Under the pieces are notes generated by a model, which had not been told where the DNA came from, ran no database searches, and saw nothing but the letters and a program-made list of their open reading frames with translations. This document shows positions 18,527 to 27,327 of a stretch of 63,232 nt of DNA, one piece after another (the first letter of the stretch is position 1; every line of letters starts with the position of its first letter). The stretch is from Acidimicrobiales bacterium (GTDB lineage Bacteria; Actinomycetota; Acidimicrobiia; Acidimicrobiales; CAVXTF01), in assembly GCA_049281195.1 (NCBI GenBank), contig JBAPRR010000455.1, forward strand, positions 1 through 63,232, written 5' to 3'. The position numbers and the translations under genes are program-made.

Positions 18527-19161
18527 TCTTTCGCGAGTGAGAGCGGTTTACCCACAAAAAGTACGTGACGCCCGGCCATGCCGTTGATCACACCGGCTGC
18601 CGAGGTGTACCAGGCCACCGCCGCGGTGATCACACCGAGCACGCCGGCCGCCTTGAGGGTGGTTGCCCCGCCTGACGAGAAGTTCCCGATGACCAGCAGT
18701 ATCTCGGTTATCTCGAGGGTCAGGAAAACGGCGCACACGGCCTTGGAAACGAAGAGGCTCCACAGGAGCATGTACGTGTTGAAGATCAAGAAGGCGAGAA
18801 CGATCCAGCCCTCGTCGTTGGCTATCTGGGCCGCGCTCTTCGCGCTGGGCACGATCAGCTCGGCGTAAAGCGCCAGACCGATCCAGAACGAGCCGTAGGT
18901 GGCGAAGGCCGTGGCACCGAACACGTTGCGGTTCCTGAACTCCCACATTCCTGCAAGCAACTGGGCGATCCCGCCGTAGGCGAAGGCGTATCCGAGCCAT
19001 TCGGCTCCTGTCCCCCTCGTCCAGTGAGCGTTCGCCACGGACAGAAGAAAAGTCGTGAGGGCGAACCCGGCAAGCCCGAGCGGTGCGGGATCGGCCACCG
19101 GGGGAACAGCGGTCACCTCCACCGGCTGGGCGGCTTGTCCGCCACCGAACGTTGTCGTCAT
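18523..19161 (-). CDS. GPR1/FUN34/YaaH-family acetate (succinate-acetate) channel
   Basis: Family signature DPAPLGLAGFALTTFLLS. Six hydrophobic segments. Start placed at ATG 19161 (MTTTFGGGQ). The stop overlaps the acs start (ATGA). Confidence 0.88.
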   Translation of the reverse strand: MTTTFGGGQAAQPVEVTAVPPVADPAPLGLAGFALTTFLLSVANAHWTRGTGAEWLGYAFAYGGIAQLLAGMWEFRNRNVFGATAFATYGSFWIGLALYAELIVPSAKSAAQIANDEGWIVLAFLIFNTYMLLWSLFVSKAVCAVFLTLEITEILLVIGNFSSGGATTLKAAGVLGVITAAVAWYTSAAGVINGMAGRHVLFVGKPLSLAKD

Positions 19162-19413
19162 GACATAACCCCCTCCGGCCACGGCCGGTTTCGTGTGCTG
19201 CCGGACGGTCCGGCCGCTGACGCGGATGATGAAGGCCAGGTAGGACGGTTTCAACTGCTCTGCGGCGAACGGACAGATGAATCGCTGAGCGGTCGCCGAG
19301 CGGTCGGTTTTCAGCGACGAGCGGCCACTCAGGCAGGTTTCAGAAACGCGCCTCTATGGCAGAATTTTGGGTAGCACTGCTCCCGAACCTTCGGGAAGCC
19401 GTCAGGGGACATA

Positions 19414-20592
19414 GTGAGAGAAGCCTTGTGGTTGACGCTGGTCGGCGTGATCTTCTTGATCACGGCCGTGGCATGGTTCGCATTCCGCGGCGGTCGCCAC
19501 CTTGGTACCCCCATGCAACGCGCCACGTACGAGGCCCTGCACACCGCCAGCCTCGCTGCTCCCGCTCTTCGCGCCGGTCTGACTCAGGAGTCAGCGGGCC
19601 GGGCGGTCCCTTATCTCCGGACCTTGCTCGACGTTCCAGGGGTGGCCCTCGGTGATCCGGGTGGGATCCTGGCCAGCGAGAACCTCGACCCCCAGCACTG
19701 CGCTCTTTTGGATGGGCCGCTCCAGGCGGCAATGGTTAGCGGGCGACCACAGACGCTCACCGCCGATCAGCTCGCGTGCGGTGACTCCGTGGGGTGTCCC
19801 CTACAGGCGGGTGTCGTGGTGCCCGTTCAGGTCGCCGGAACCGTGGTCGGAGCCCTCGCCGCGGTCGGCTCCGGAGCCTCCGCCGGTCAGCTGCGGCTCG
19901 CGGGCGAAGTCGCCCAGTTCGTGTCTACTCACCTCGAGCTTGCCGAGCTCGACCGCTCTCGCAGGCGCGCCGATCAGGCCGAGTTGCGGTTCCTCCGTGC
20001 TCAGATATCTCCGCATTTCATCTACAACGCCCTGACTGCCATCGAGTCCTTCGTGCGGACGGATCCCGAACGCGCACGCGAGCTGCTCATCGGGTTCGCA
20101 GACTTCACCAGGTACAGCTTCCGCAGCCACGGGCAGTTCGTCACGATGGCCGAGGAGCTGCGGCTGGTCGACACCTACCTCGATCTTGAAAGAGCGCGCT
20201 TCGGCGACCGTCTGTCGGTGACGCTCCGAGTTGCTCCCGAAGTGCTCAGCGTCGTACTTCCTTCTCTCGTGCTCCAACCGTTGGTGGAGAACGCTGTCCG
20301 TCACGGCCTCGAACCGGCTGAGCGCCCGGGCAAGTTGTCCATCGCCATATCCGACGCAGACAACGAGGCTCTGGTCACCATCGAAGACGACGGAGTGGGT
20401 GCCGATCCTGCGTACCTGGGACGCGTCCTTTCCGGCAACACCAAAGGCGGAGGCATCGGGCTGCACAATGTCGACGAACGCCTCCGTGCCGTGTTCGGCG
20501 AGGAGAACGGGCTGACCATCGAGACCGGGGTCGGCGCCGGGACCAAGGTCCTGCTCCATATCCCGAAATTCCATTCCGGGGTTCAGGTGTAG
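19414..20592 (+). CDS. LytS/YehU-type sensor histidine kinase
   Basis: One N-terminal TM and a GAF-like middle region. His_kinase motif FLRAQISPHFIYNAL. HATPase N-box LVENAVRHG and G-box GGGIGLHNV. Confidence 0.9.
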   Translation: MREALWLTLVGVIFLITAVAWFAFRGGRHLGTPMQRATYEALHTASLAAPALRAGLTQESAGRAVPYLRTLLDVPGVALGDPGGILASENLDPQHCALLDGPLQAAMVSGRPQTLTADQLACGDSVGCPLQAGVVVPVQVAGTVVGALAAVGSGASAGQLRLAGEVAQFVSTHLELAELDRSRRRADQAELRFLRAQISPHFIYNALTAIESFVRTDPERARELLIGFADFTRYSFRSHGQFVTMAEELRLVDTYLDLERARFGDRLSVTLRVAPEVLSVVLPSLVLQPLVENAVRHGLEPAERPGKLSIAISDADNEALVTIEDDGVGADPAYLGRVLSGNTKGGGIGLHNVDERLRAVFGEENGLTIETGVGAGTKVLLHIPKFHSGVQV

Positions 20593-21299
20593 TGCTTTCG
20601 ATCCTGGCGGTAGACGACGAAAGGCCTTCCCTCGACGAGCTCTCTTACCTGCTGCGGAGCTCGGACATGGTCGGGCCGGTCTCCGTGGCCCAAAACGCGA
20701 CGGACGCTTTGCGCCAGCTCCGCTACGACAAGTTCGATCTGGTGCTTCTCGATATCCGCATGCCCGGACTGGACGGACTCGAGCTCGCCCGTGTGCTCGG
20801 ACGATTCTCCGAGCCTCCTGTCATCGTCTTCGTCACCGCGCACGAGGAACATGCGCTGGAGGCGTTCGACGTGGGGGCGGCGGGCTACCTCCTCAAGCCC
20901 ATCGACCGCGAGCGGCTCGAACAGATTCTGCGCCGCGTCGTCGGCCCCGAAGAAGAGGACTTCGAGACGGTTCCCGTGGAGACCGGCGGTAGGACCGTTC
21001 TGATCTCGCGTCAGGACATCACCTGGGTGGAAGCCGCCGGCGACTACGTCCGCATTCACCTGCGCGACGGCCCCAGCTACCTGCTGCGAACCTCGATGTC
21101 TGTGCTGGAGGAGCAGTGGACGGGGTTCGTTCGCATCCATCGCACCTATCTGGTCGCTCTGCACGAGATTCAGGAGCTACGAACCGACGGACAACGAACT
21201 TCGGTGAAGGTGGCCGGGACAGAGTTGCCCGTCAGCCGGCGGCACCTGCGCGAACTGCGCGACCGCCTCGTCCGCCACGCCCGACCGGGCGCGCGGTGA
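20592..21299 (+). CDS. LytR/AlgR-family response regulator (receiver + LytTR DNA-binding domain)
   Basis: Receiver DLVLLDIRMPGLDG. LytTR domain ITWVEAAGDYVRIHL...FVRIHRTYLVAL. Its start overlaps the kinase stop by 1 nt. Confidence 0.93.
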   Translation: MLSILAVDDERPSLDELSYLLRSSDMVGPVSVAQNATDALRQLRYDKFDLVLLDIRMPGLDGLELARVLGRFSEPPVIVFVTAHEEHALEAFDVGAAGYLLKPIDRERLEQILRRVVGPEEEDFETVPVETGGRTVLISRQDITWVEAAGDYVRIHLRDGPSYLLRTSMSVLEEQWTGFVRIHRTYLVALHEIQELRTDGQRTSVKVAGTELPVSRRHLRELRDRLVRHARPGAR

Positions 21300-21664
21300 A
21301 CGATCGCCAGGTCGTCCGCGCCCCTGTCCGGCATTCCCCAGCGGTCCGCCAGTCGCCGGTTCCGGGCGACCTTTACCAGCAGGACAACTACGCGCGGACA
21401 TTGCTTCGCTCGTTGATGCGCGCCCAGCTCGGGGCAACCGTGTCCGTGCTCATTCCTGCCGCTTCGCTCCTATTGCTCTATCCCCTGCTGGCGATCCTCT
21501 TTCCCAGCCTCGGTCCGATGACAGTCGGCGGGGTGCCACTGACGTTCATCATCCTGGGAGGCGGCATCTATCCCCCGCTTGTCCTGCTCGGCTTCTGGTA
21601 CCGCAGGCGCGCGGCAAAGGTCGAAGAGCGGTTTGCGGAATTGCTAGAGGATCGAAATGACTGA
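21296..21664 (+). CDS. DUF485-like two-TM membrane protein (YjcH/Cg0952-type partner of acetate symporters)
   Basis: GTG 21296 overlaps the response regulator stop (GTGA). Two hydrophobic helices (VSVLIPAASLLLLYPLLAILF; LTFIILGGGIYPPLVLLGFWY). Its stop overlaps the symporter start. The upstream part of the 182-aa track ORF is discarded. Confidence 0.65.
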   Translation: MNDRQVVRAPVRHSPAVRQSPVPGDLYQQDNYARTLLRSLMRAQLGATVSVLIPAASLLLLYPLLAILFPSLGPMTVGGVPLTFIILGGGIYPPLVLLGFWYRRRAAKVEERFAELLEDRND

Positions 21665-23372
21665 ACCGGCGATCCTCGGCGCCATCATCGCCGTGGCGGT
21701 GGTAACCGCGGTGATCGGCGCCCGGGGAGTGCGGGTGGCGCGAACCCCCGAGGACTTCCTCGTTGCCGCGCGCCGGGTCCCGCCCACATTGAACGCGTCC
21801 GCCATCTGCGGCGAATACCTTTCTGCGGCTTCGTTCCTCGGCATCGCCGGCCTGGCCCTGGCGGATGGTCTCGGGGCCCTTTGGTACGCAGTCGGTTACG
21901 CCGCGGGATACCTGGTGCTTCTGGCTGCCGTCGCCGCCCCTCTTCGAAGGTTCGGTGCGTACACCATCCCGGACTTCGCTGAAGGCCGCCTCGATTCGCC
22001 GCTTCTTCGACGCGCGGCCACGGTGATGGTCCTCGTGATCTGCGGGTTCTACCTGCTCCCCCAATTGCAGGGAGCCGGTCTGACGGTGCAGGCCGCGGTG
22101 GGCGGTCCGTCATGGATAGGTGTGGTCGTGCTCGGGGTGGTCGTCATGGTGGCCATAGCGAGTGGGGGCATGAAGGGGATCACCTTCGTCCAGGCGTTCC
22201 AGTATTGGCTGAAACTCGTCGCCATCGCCGTGCCGGCCCTCGTGCTGTTGATGTTCTTCCAGCACCCCACACTCTCGCCACTGGACAGAGCATCTGCCCC
22301 CACCTTCCAAAAGGTGACCAAGGTCGAGTTTCCCCAAACCGAGAACATGAATGTCCGCCAACCCGTTCTCGTCGACGCGGCGGGTCTTCTCAATGGCCGC
22401 CACGCTGACGGTCCCTTCGAGTTGACACAAGGCCGCTACACGGTCGCGGCAGGAACGACGCTGGTGTTTCCCAGGGGATCGCAGGCCCCGACCGTCACCT
22501 CTTTGGCCGTCCTGTCCGGCCAGCAGTGGGACTCGCCTCTCGTTCGTCTCGGCGGCGACCTGATACACCCACTGGCGGCGACATACGGAGTGGTGCTTGC
22601 AACATTCCTCGGCGCGCTCGGCCTCCCGCACATTCTCGTTCGCTTCTATACGAACCCTGACGGGGCGGCCGCGCGCAAGACGACCTCACTCGTTTTGCTG
22701 CTGCTCGCCTGCTTCTACGTCTTCCCCGCGATCTTCGCCATCCTGGGGCGACTCGATGCGCCCCAGCTCTACACCAACGGCCAGACAGATTCCGTGGTGT
22801 TGGTGCTACCCCGGCTCGCGGCCTCGGGAGCGGTAGGTATCGCCCTCGCCGCTCTCACCGCCGCGGGGGCATTCGCGGCGTTTCTCTCCACGTCGTCAGG
22901 GTTACTGATCAGCATGGCGGGCGCGCTGTCCCACGATCTTCTTCGAGGGGGAGTCCGGGCCTTCAGATTGTCCGCCGTTGCCGCGGGAGTGGTGGGTACT
23001 CTCGCCGCGCTACTTGTCGGCGGGATATCGATCAACGTGCTCGTGGGTTGGGCATTCGCCATCGCCGCGTCCTCGTTCTGCCCGCTGCTCCTTCTCGGGA
23101 TCTGGTGGCCCGGTCTCACCTGGAAAGGCGCGCTGTGCGGGCTGGTATTAGGCGGAGGAGCATCCTCGGTAGGAGTGATCCTCACCATCTCGGGCGTGGG
23201 AAAGACAGGGTGGCCCGCGGTCTTATTGGGTGAACCGGCAATCTGGACGGTTCCCCTCGCATTCGCCGCGATGATCGGCGTGTCCCTGCTCACCCGCCGG
23301 TCCCTTCCTACCGATGTGACGCGCAAGCTGCTCGCACTCCATCTCCCAGAACGCGTCCGCCTGTCGGACTGA
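21657..23372 (+). CDS. Sodium:solute symporter family, cation/acetate (ActP/MctC-like) monocarboxylate transporter
   Basis: 571 aa polytopic protein. The N-terminal pattern DFLVAARRVPPTLNASAICGEYLSAASFLGIAGL is typical of SSS/ActP. Context is DUF485 + acs. Confidence 0.88.
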   Translation: MTEPAILGAIIAVAVVTAVIGARGVRVARTPEDFLVAARRVPPTLNASAICGEYLSAASFLGIAGLALADGLGALWYAVGYAAGYLVLLAAVAAPLRRFGAYTIPDFAEGRLDSPLLRRAATVMVLVICGFYLLPQLQGAGLTVQAAVGGPSWIGVVVLGVVVMVAIASGGMKGITFVQAFQYWLKLVAIAVPALVLLMFFQHPTLSPLDRASAPTFQKVTKVEFPQTENMNVRQPVLVDAAGLLNGRHADGPFELTQGRYTVAAGTTLVFPRGSQAPTVTSLAVLSGQQWDSPLVRLGGDLIHPLAATYGVVLATFLGALGLPHILVRFYTNPDGAAARKTTSLVLLLLACFYVFPAIFAILGRLDAPQLYTNGQTDSVVLVLPRLAASGAVGIALAALTAAGAFAAFLSTSSGLLISMAGALSHDLLRGGVRAFRLSAVAAGVVGTLAALLVGGISINVLVGWAFAIAASSFCPLLLLGIWWPGLTWKGALCGLVLGGGASSVGVILTISGVGKTGWPAVLLGEPAIWTVPLAFAAMIGVSLLTRRSLPTDVTRKLLALHLPERVRLSD

Positions 23373-23450
23373 GGAAGATGCTGCCTTCCATCTTGCGGAC
23401 GGCCTGCGCAAGATCTAGACCAGCCTTCTAGCTGGGACAGGAGAGTGTTG

Positions 23451-23843
23451 ATGAAAACGTCTGGGATTAGTGCGGCGTTGCCGGCTCAGGATCTGAGTCG
23501 GGCCAAAGCGTTCTACGTCGACAAGGTGGGACTCGAGGCAGGCGAGCCTTATCTCAATGCCAGCGATGGGCGCGTGGGCATCACCGTTCGAGATGGTGAC
23601 AACCAACTGGTCATCTATCCGGCCGAGGCGAGGTCTTCAGGAGAGTTCCTACAAGCCATCCTTCATGTCTCCGACGTCCGCGCTGCAGTCGATGAGATGA
23701 AGGCTCGCGGCGTGGAGTTCGAGGACTACGACACCGCGGAGACACAGACTGAGAACAGCATTGCTCGCGCACCCGATGGACACGAGGGTGCCTGGTTCAA
23801 GGACTCCGAAGGCAACCTCATCGCAGTGGTCGGCTCTTTGTAG
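23451..23843 (+). CDS. VOC-family (glyoxalase/bleomycin-resistance fold) protein
   Basis: AGGAG lies 7 nt upstream of ATG 23451. The pattern AKAFYVDKVGLE...AWFKDSEGNLIAVV is typical of the VOC fold. Confidence 0.82.
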   Translation: MKTSGISAALPAQDLSRAKAFYVDKVGLEAGEPYLNASDGRVGITVRDGDNQLVIYPAEARSSGEFLQAILHVSDVRAAVDEMKARGVEFEDYDTAETQTENSIARAPDGHEGAWFKDSEGNLIAVVGSL

Positions 23844-23856
23844 AGCTGACGCAGCG

Positions 23857-24399
23857 TCAACCGCTCTGCGTTATGTCCCCGAGCGCCGCAACAGCCTGGG
23901 CGAGAGCAGTCCGCGATTCCTCAGCGGTCAGAAGTCCGTCGGAGCCGACGTCCTCACGGGTGACCGGGACCCGGACGCACGCCGGCTCGACGATCCTCGC
24001 ATGGGCGTAGGTCATCACTGTGCGGAGCTCATCGTGCGCTCCTTCAGCTCCTCGCGGTGACGAGTTGATCCAACCGACCGGCTTTTCGTAGATCGATCCG
24101 GCCTGCTCGTCACCGATCAACCAATCCAGAAGGTTCTTCAATGAGCCGGGAAGGGCCCCTGCGTACTCGGGGGTACAGAACAGGATCGCATCCGCTCGAT
24201 GAACGGAATTCCGCAACGCGGCAACCGGTTCGGAGAGCGGGGCGTGGTCATCGTCGGGATTGAACGCCGGCAGTTGCGCCAGTCCGCCGTAGATATCGGA
24301 CCCGATTCCTTTAGGCACCATCTCGGCGGCGGTGAGAAGAACGGCCGAATTCGTGGACCCGGAACGGAGGCTCCCGGATATGAAGAGAAGCTGGCTCAT
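23857..24399 (-). CDS. NAD(P)H-dependent FMN reductase family protein
   Basis: N-terminus LLFISGSLRSGSTNS and FCTPEYAGALPGSLKNLLDW match flavodoxin-like FMN reductases. Confidence 0.85.
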   Translation of the reverse strand: MSQLLFISGSLRSGSTNSAVLLTAAEMVPKGIGSDIYGGLAQLPAFNPDDDHAPLSEPVAALRNSVHRADAILFCTPEYAGALPGSLKNLLDWLIGDEQAGSIYEKPVGWINSSPRGAEGAHDELRTVMTYAHARIVEPACVRVPVTREDVGSDGLLTAEESRTALAQAVAALGDITQSG

Positions 24400-24425
24400 T
24401 CAGTCTCGATCGTGAGCGTCGTCGC

Positions 24426-25274
24426 TCAGTTGTCCGCGTAGTCGCCATCGGGGTGGTCGGACTCGCCATTTCGCCAGTATCCCCGTGTGGTCATGGAGGT
24501 GACCGGAACGTGCTTCTCTTCGAGAAAGTGCTTTCTGATTCTTCGAATGGCGACAGCCTCGCCCGCGATCCACACGCGCGCACCCTCGGCCAGCGAGCTC
24601 GAACGGGCTGCATCATCCAGTTCTTCGCCCCAACCCTCGGGGTTTCGCCGATGGTGCCAGGTCACATTCGTTCGAGCGGCACTCGGTAGAGGGATCTCGT
24701 CGTCAGGACCCGCCACCTCCACATGGATCTCTGCTTGCGCCGACGCGGGAAGAACGTCGAGCAGGGTCCCGATAGCAGGAAGTGCGCTTTCGTCTCCTCC
24801 CACCCACCACCTTTCCGCCTCCCGATCGAAACGGAAGCGTCCGCCCGGACCTCCGATCGCGGCACGGTCCCCCACTTTGGCCTGAGCGGCCCAGTCCGAG
24901 GCCGGTCCGACGTCGTGCAGGAGGAATTGCACCTCGAGAGTGCCCGTCGTCTCGTCGAATCGGCGCGGGGTGTACGTGCGGACCACGGGCCGGGTGGCAC
25001 CTTCGGGCCACACAAGGCCGTCGGGACCGAACGTCGGAAGAACTGGTTCCGTCTGGCCACCGGCGGGGAGGAACACCTTTATGTGTGCGGTCGGCTCCTC
25101 GATGCGGAACCCCTCGAGAGCCGGGCCCCCGAAGAGAACCGACACGAACCGGGGGGCCATCTTCGACACCGAGACGACCTCGACAGGTCGCGGAGGAGGC
25201 CTGCGCTTGCGAACTTGTTGTGTTCCCTGAACCGACACCTGTGTCGCAGGGGCGTTTTGAACGTCTTCAGCCAT
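24426..25274 (-). CDS. Siderophore-interacting protein (SIP/ViuB-type FAD-binding ferric reductase family)
   Basis: RTYTPRR FAD-binding motif, a FAD_binding_9-like N-terminal half, and a C-terminal SIP domain (WIAGEAVAIRRIRKHF). Confidence 0.85.
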   Translation of the reverse strand: MAEDVQNAPATQVSVQGTQQVRKRRPPPRPVEVVSVSKMAPRFVSVLFGGPALEGFRIEEPTAHIKVFLPAGGQTEPVLPTFGPDGLVWPEGATRPVVRTYTPRRFDETTGTLEVQFLLHDVGPASDWAAQAKVGDRAAIGGPGGRFRFDREAERWWVGGDESALPAIGTLLDVLPASAQAEIHVEVAGPDDEIPLPSAARTNVTWHHRRNPEGWGEELDDAARSSSLAEGARVWIAGEAVAIRRIRKHFLEEKHVPVTSMTTRGYWRNGESDHPDGDYADN

Positions 25275-25331
25275 ACCCTTCGGTCTAATCGGAGATTGAG
25301 CCCCAACAGATCAACCGGAGGCCCGGATAAG

Positions 25332-26078
25332 TCATAAATTCTGCCCCTGGGCGGCTTCTTCGGCCCACAGCCTCGGATAGGTGTACGTGGAGGTGTAGCC
25401 CATTTTCAATTCGACCATCTTCGTGAAATGCCCGTCGACCGGATCCGAAAGCGTGATCGTGGTGGGCTCCGGATACGCGGGACCCGCCGCGCAGTTGGGC
25501 ACACAGGTCAGGTAGTTGGATGTGCCGTGACCAACAGCCCCGGTCGTCGACCATGACGACCATTCGAGATTGATGATGATGTTCCCGGCGTCACCGCTGA
25601 TGCCGATGCTCCCCGGTTCGCGCCCGGTGTAGGGCCCGGCGATGAACAGCGGCGTCTCGGATAGTGGGACCAGCGGCACCGTGGTCGTAATACGCGGGAG
25701 CGTGGTCTGAGTAGTCACATGTTCTGTCGTCGGTGTGGTCGAGCCCACCACCGGCGGGGCCGTGATGACGACGTGATGCGGGATCGTGGTCGTGCAACAG
25801 AAGTACGTCGAGCTCGGAGAAGTGGCGGCCGGAGCGATCTGCTTCGTCTTTCCCGCGGTGGCCACGTGCACGCCGATCACGAGCGCCGCCACCAGAACCG
25901 CAACCACCGCCAACCATGCGAAGGCCGTAACCCTGTAACGGGTGACGGGCCGCCTACGCGCGGCAGACGTTGTGGCAGGCGACATGACCTGCTCGGCGCT
26001 TACCGTCGGCACCAGCAGATCGATCATCGTTTTCAGGCGGTCGCCCAGCTCTTCTTCTGAAATCTGTTCTTCAATCAC
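25332..26078 (-). CDS. Single-pass membrane protein co-transcribed with an ECF sigma (putative anti-sigma / partner)
   Basis: 8-nt overlap with the upstream sigma gene. Acidic N-terminus, then TM FAWLAVVAVLVAALVIGV, then a Thr/Pro-rich linker and an extracytoplasmic domain. Confidence 0.55.
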   Translation of the reverse strand: MIEEQISEEELGDRLKTMIDLLVPTVSAEQVMSPATTSAARRRPVTRYRVTAFAWLAVVAVLVAALVIGVHVATAGKTKQIAPAATSPSSTYFCCTTTIPHHVVITAPPVVGSTTPTTEHVTTQTTLPRITTTVPLVPLSETPLFIAGPYTGREPGSIGISGDAGNIIINLEWSSWSTTGAVGHGTSNYLTCVPNCAAGPAYPEPTTITLSDPVDGHFTKMVELKMGYTSTYTYPRLWAEEAAQGQNL

Positions 26079-26550
26079 GGTTGGCTCCGAGTGCTCGTCG
26101 CAGTTTTGTAAGCCCGCGTTTGGTGAGAGTGTTCACGGTCGAGGGTGTTACGCCCATGGTTGCGGCCGCTTCGGATGGAGTGAGGCCTGAAGCCAGTACG
26201 AGGGCCACGGCCACGCGCTCGGACTTGGTGAGCTTGGACAACGCAGCACCGAGCTTCGGATCCACCCAGTACTCCGGCGTCCAGGGGCGCTGGAAGAGAT
26301 GCCGGATCTTTCTCTCGCGGGTCCTGCTCTGCCCCACCCTGTAGAGCAGGCCGATCGGATTATCCAGGTTCTTGACGTGGTCCCAGTGCTCCCAGGCATA
26401 AGCCAGGGACTCGGCTGTTGCTTCGGCTCCGCGCTCTGGTCCGTAGGCCGCGGTAAGCGCGCGCCGCAGGCGCGGTTCAGAAGATTCGACGAACCGGCGG
26501 AACGTCGTGTCTCCCTCGGAACCGATCCGGATCCCTACTGCCGGCTCCAC
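26071..26550 (-). CDS. ECF-type sigma-70 family factor, paralogue of 15148-15648
   Basis: AESLAYAWEHWDHVKNLDNPIGLLYRVGQS aligns by eye with AEALAWAWEHWERVASLDNQVGYLYRVGQS of the other sigma. Region 4 is LTKSERVAVALVLASGLTPSEAAATMGVTPSTVNTLTKRGLTKLR. Confidence 0.85.
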   Translation of the reverse strand: MEPAVGIRIGSEGDTTFRRFVESSEPRLRRALTAAYGPERGAEATAESLAYAWEHWDHVKNLDNPIGLLYRVGQSRTRERKIRHLFQRPWTPEYWVDPKLGAALSKLTKSERVAVALVLASGLTPSEAAATMGVTPSTVNTLTKRGLTKLRRALGANRD

Positions 26551-26672
26551 GTGTCCATCTCAGCGATCTCCCGTCTGGATCAGGAGGTTTCTCTATTGCA
26601 GAGGGTCCCTCCCAATTACAGAGACCCTCGAGACAATCTTCGCGTCGACGGGAATTTTCCGGACCGGCCAGA

Positions 26673-27236
26673 TCAGTGCGGCGAACCGGTTCCTTCGTGC
26701 GTGTGAGCCGATGACGGCATACCGGGATGCAGTCCCTGAACAAGTCCCAGGTTCTCTGTGACCCGATCCAGCAACCGGATCAGCTCCATCCTCACCTCCG
26801 GGGCGAAGCCCTCGCAGATCGTCTGCTCGAGGCCCATGGCCAGCACCGTGGCACGATCGAGCGTCTCTGTTCCCTGGGCGGTGATGTGGAGCAATCGGGC
26901 ACGCCTGTCCGTCGGATGGGCCCGGCGCTCCACCAACCTTCTCGACTCGAGTTGGTCGATCACGCTGACCATCGAGCTGGGTGGGATCCTCAACCACTCC
27001 CCGACCTGATTCTGGGACATCCCCTGAGCAGCCTGGATCGCCCTCATCACCGCGAATTGGCGAGGTTCGAGCTGGACCTCGGCCATGAGCTTGGTGAATC
27101 TCCCCGCCACCTCGAAACCGAGCTGAGAGAGCAGAAATCCGACCGCCTTGGGCAGGTGATCGGGAATGGGCGCGTGGAGATCAGCGGATGAATCCTGGGC
27201 GTCGGTCACGTCAGCACCGTGCGAAGTGTCCTGCAT
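26673..27236 (-). CDS. MarR-family transcriptional regulator
   Basis: wHTH region FAVMRAIQAAQGMSQNQVGEWLRIPPSSMVSVIDQLESRRLVERRAHPTDRRARLL. Confidence 0.9.
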   Translation of the reverse strand: MQDTSHGADVTDAQDSSADLHAPIPDHLPKAVGFLLSQLGFEVAGRFTKLMAEVQLEPRQFAVMRAIQAAQGMSQNQVGEWLRIPPSSMVSVIDQLESRRLVERRAHPTDRRARLLHITAQGTETLDRATVLAMGLEQTICEGFAPEVRMELIRLLDRVTENLGLVQGLHPGMPSSAHTHEGTGSPH

Positions 27237-27327
27237 ATGGAACTGCTCATCAAAACTACTTTACATCGGAATCAGTTGTGATAGAACTATTCGAATCCGA
27301 ACGATTCATGATGGAACGGAGTCAGTC

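Noticed and set aside
26601-26629. Inverted repeat GAGGGTC-N15-GACCCTC, considered as the marR terminator
   Set aside because: There is no T/U tract on the relevant strand. The same sequence is better explained as part of the promoter-like motif shared with the other ECF sigma locus.
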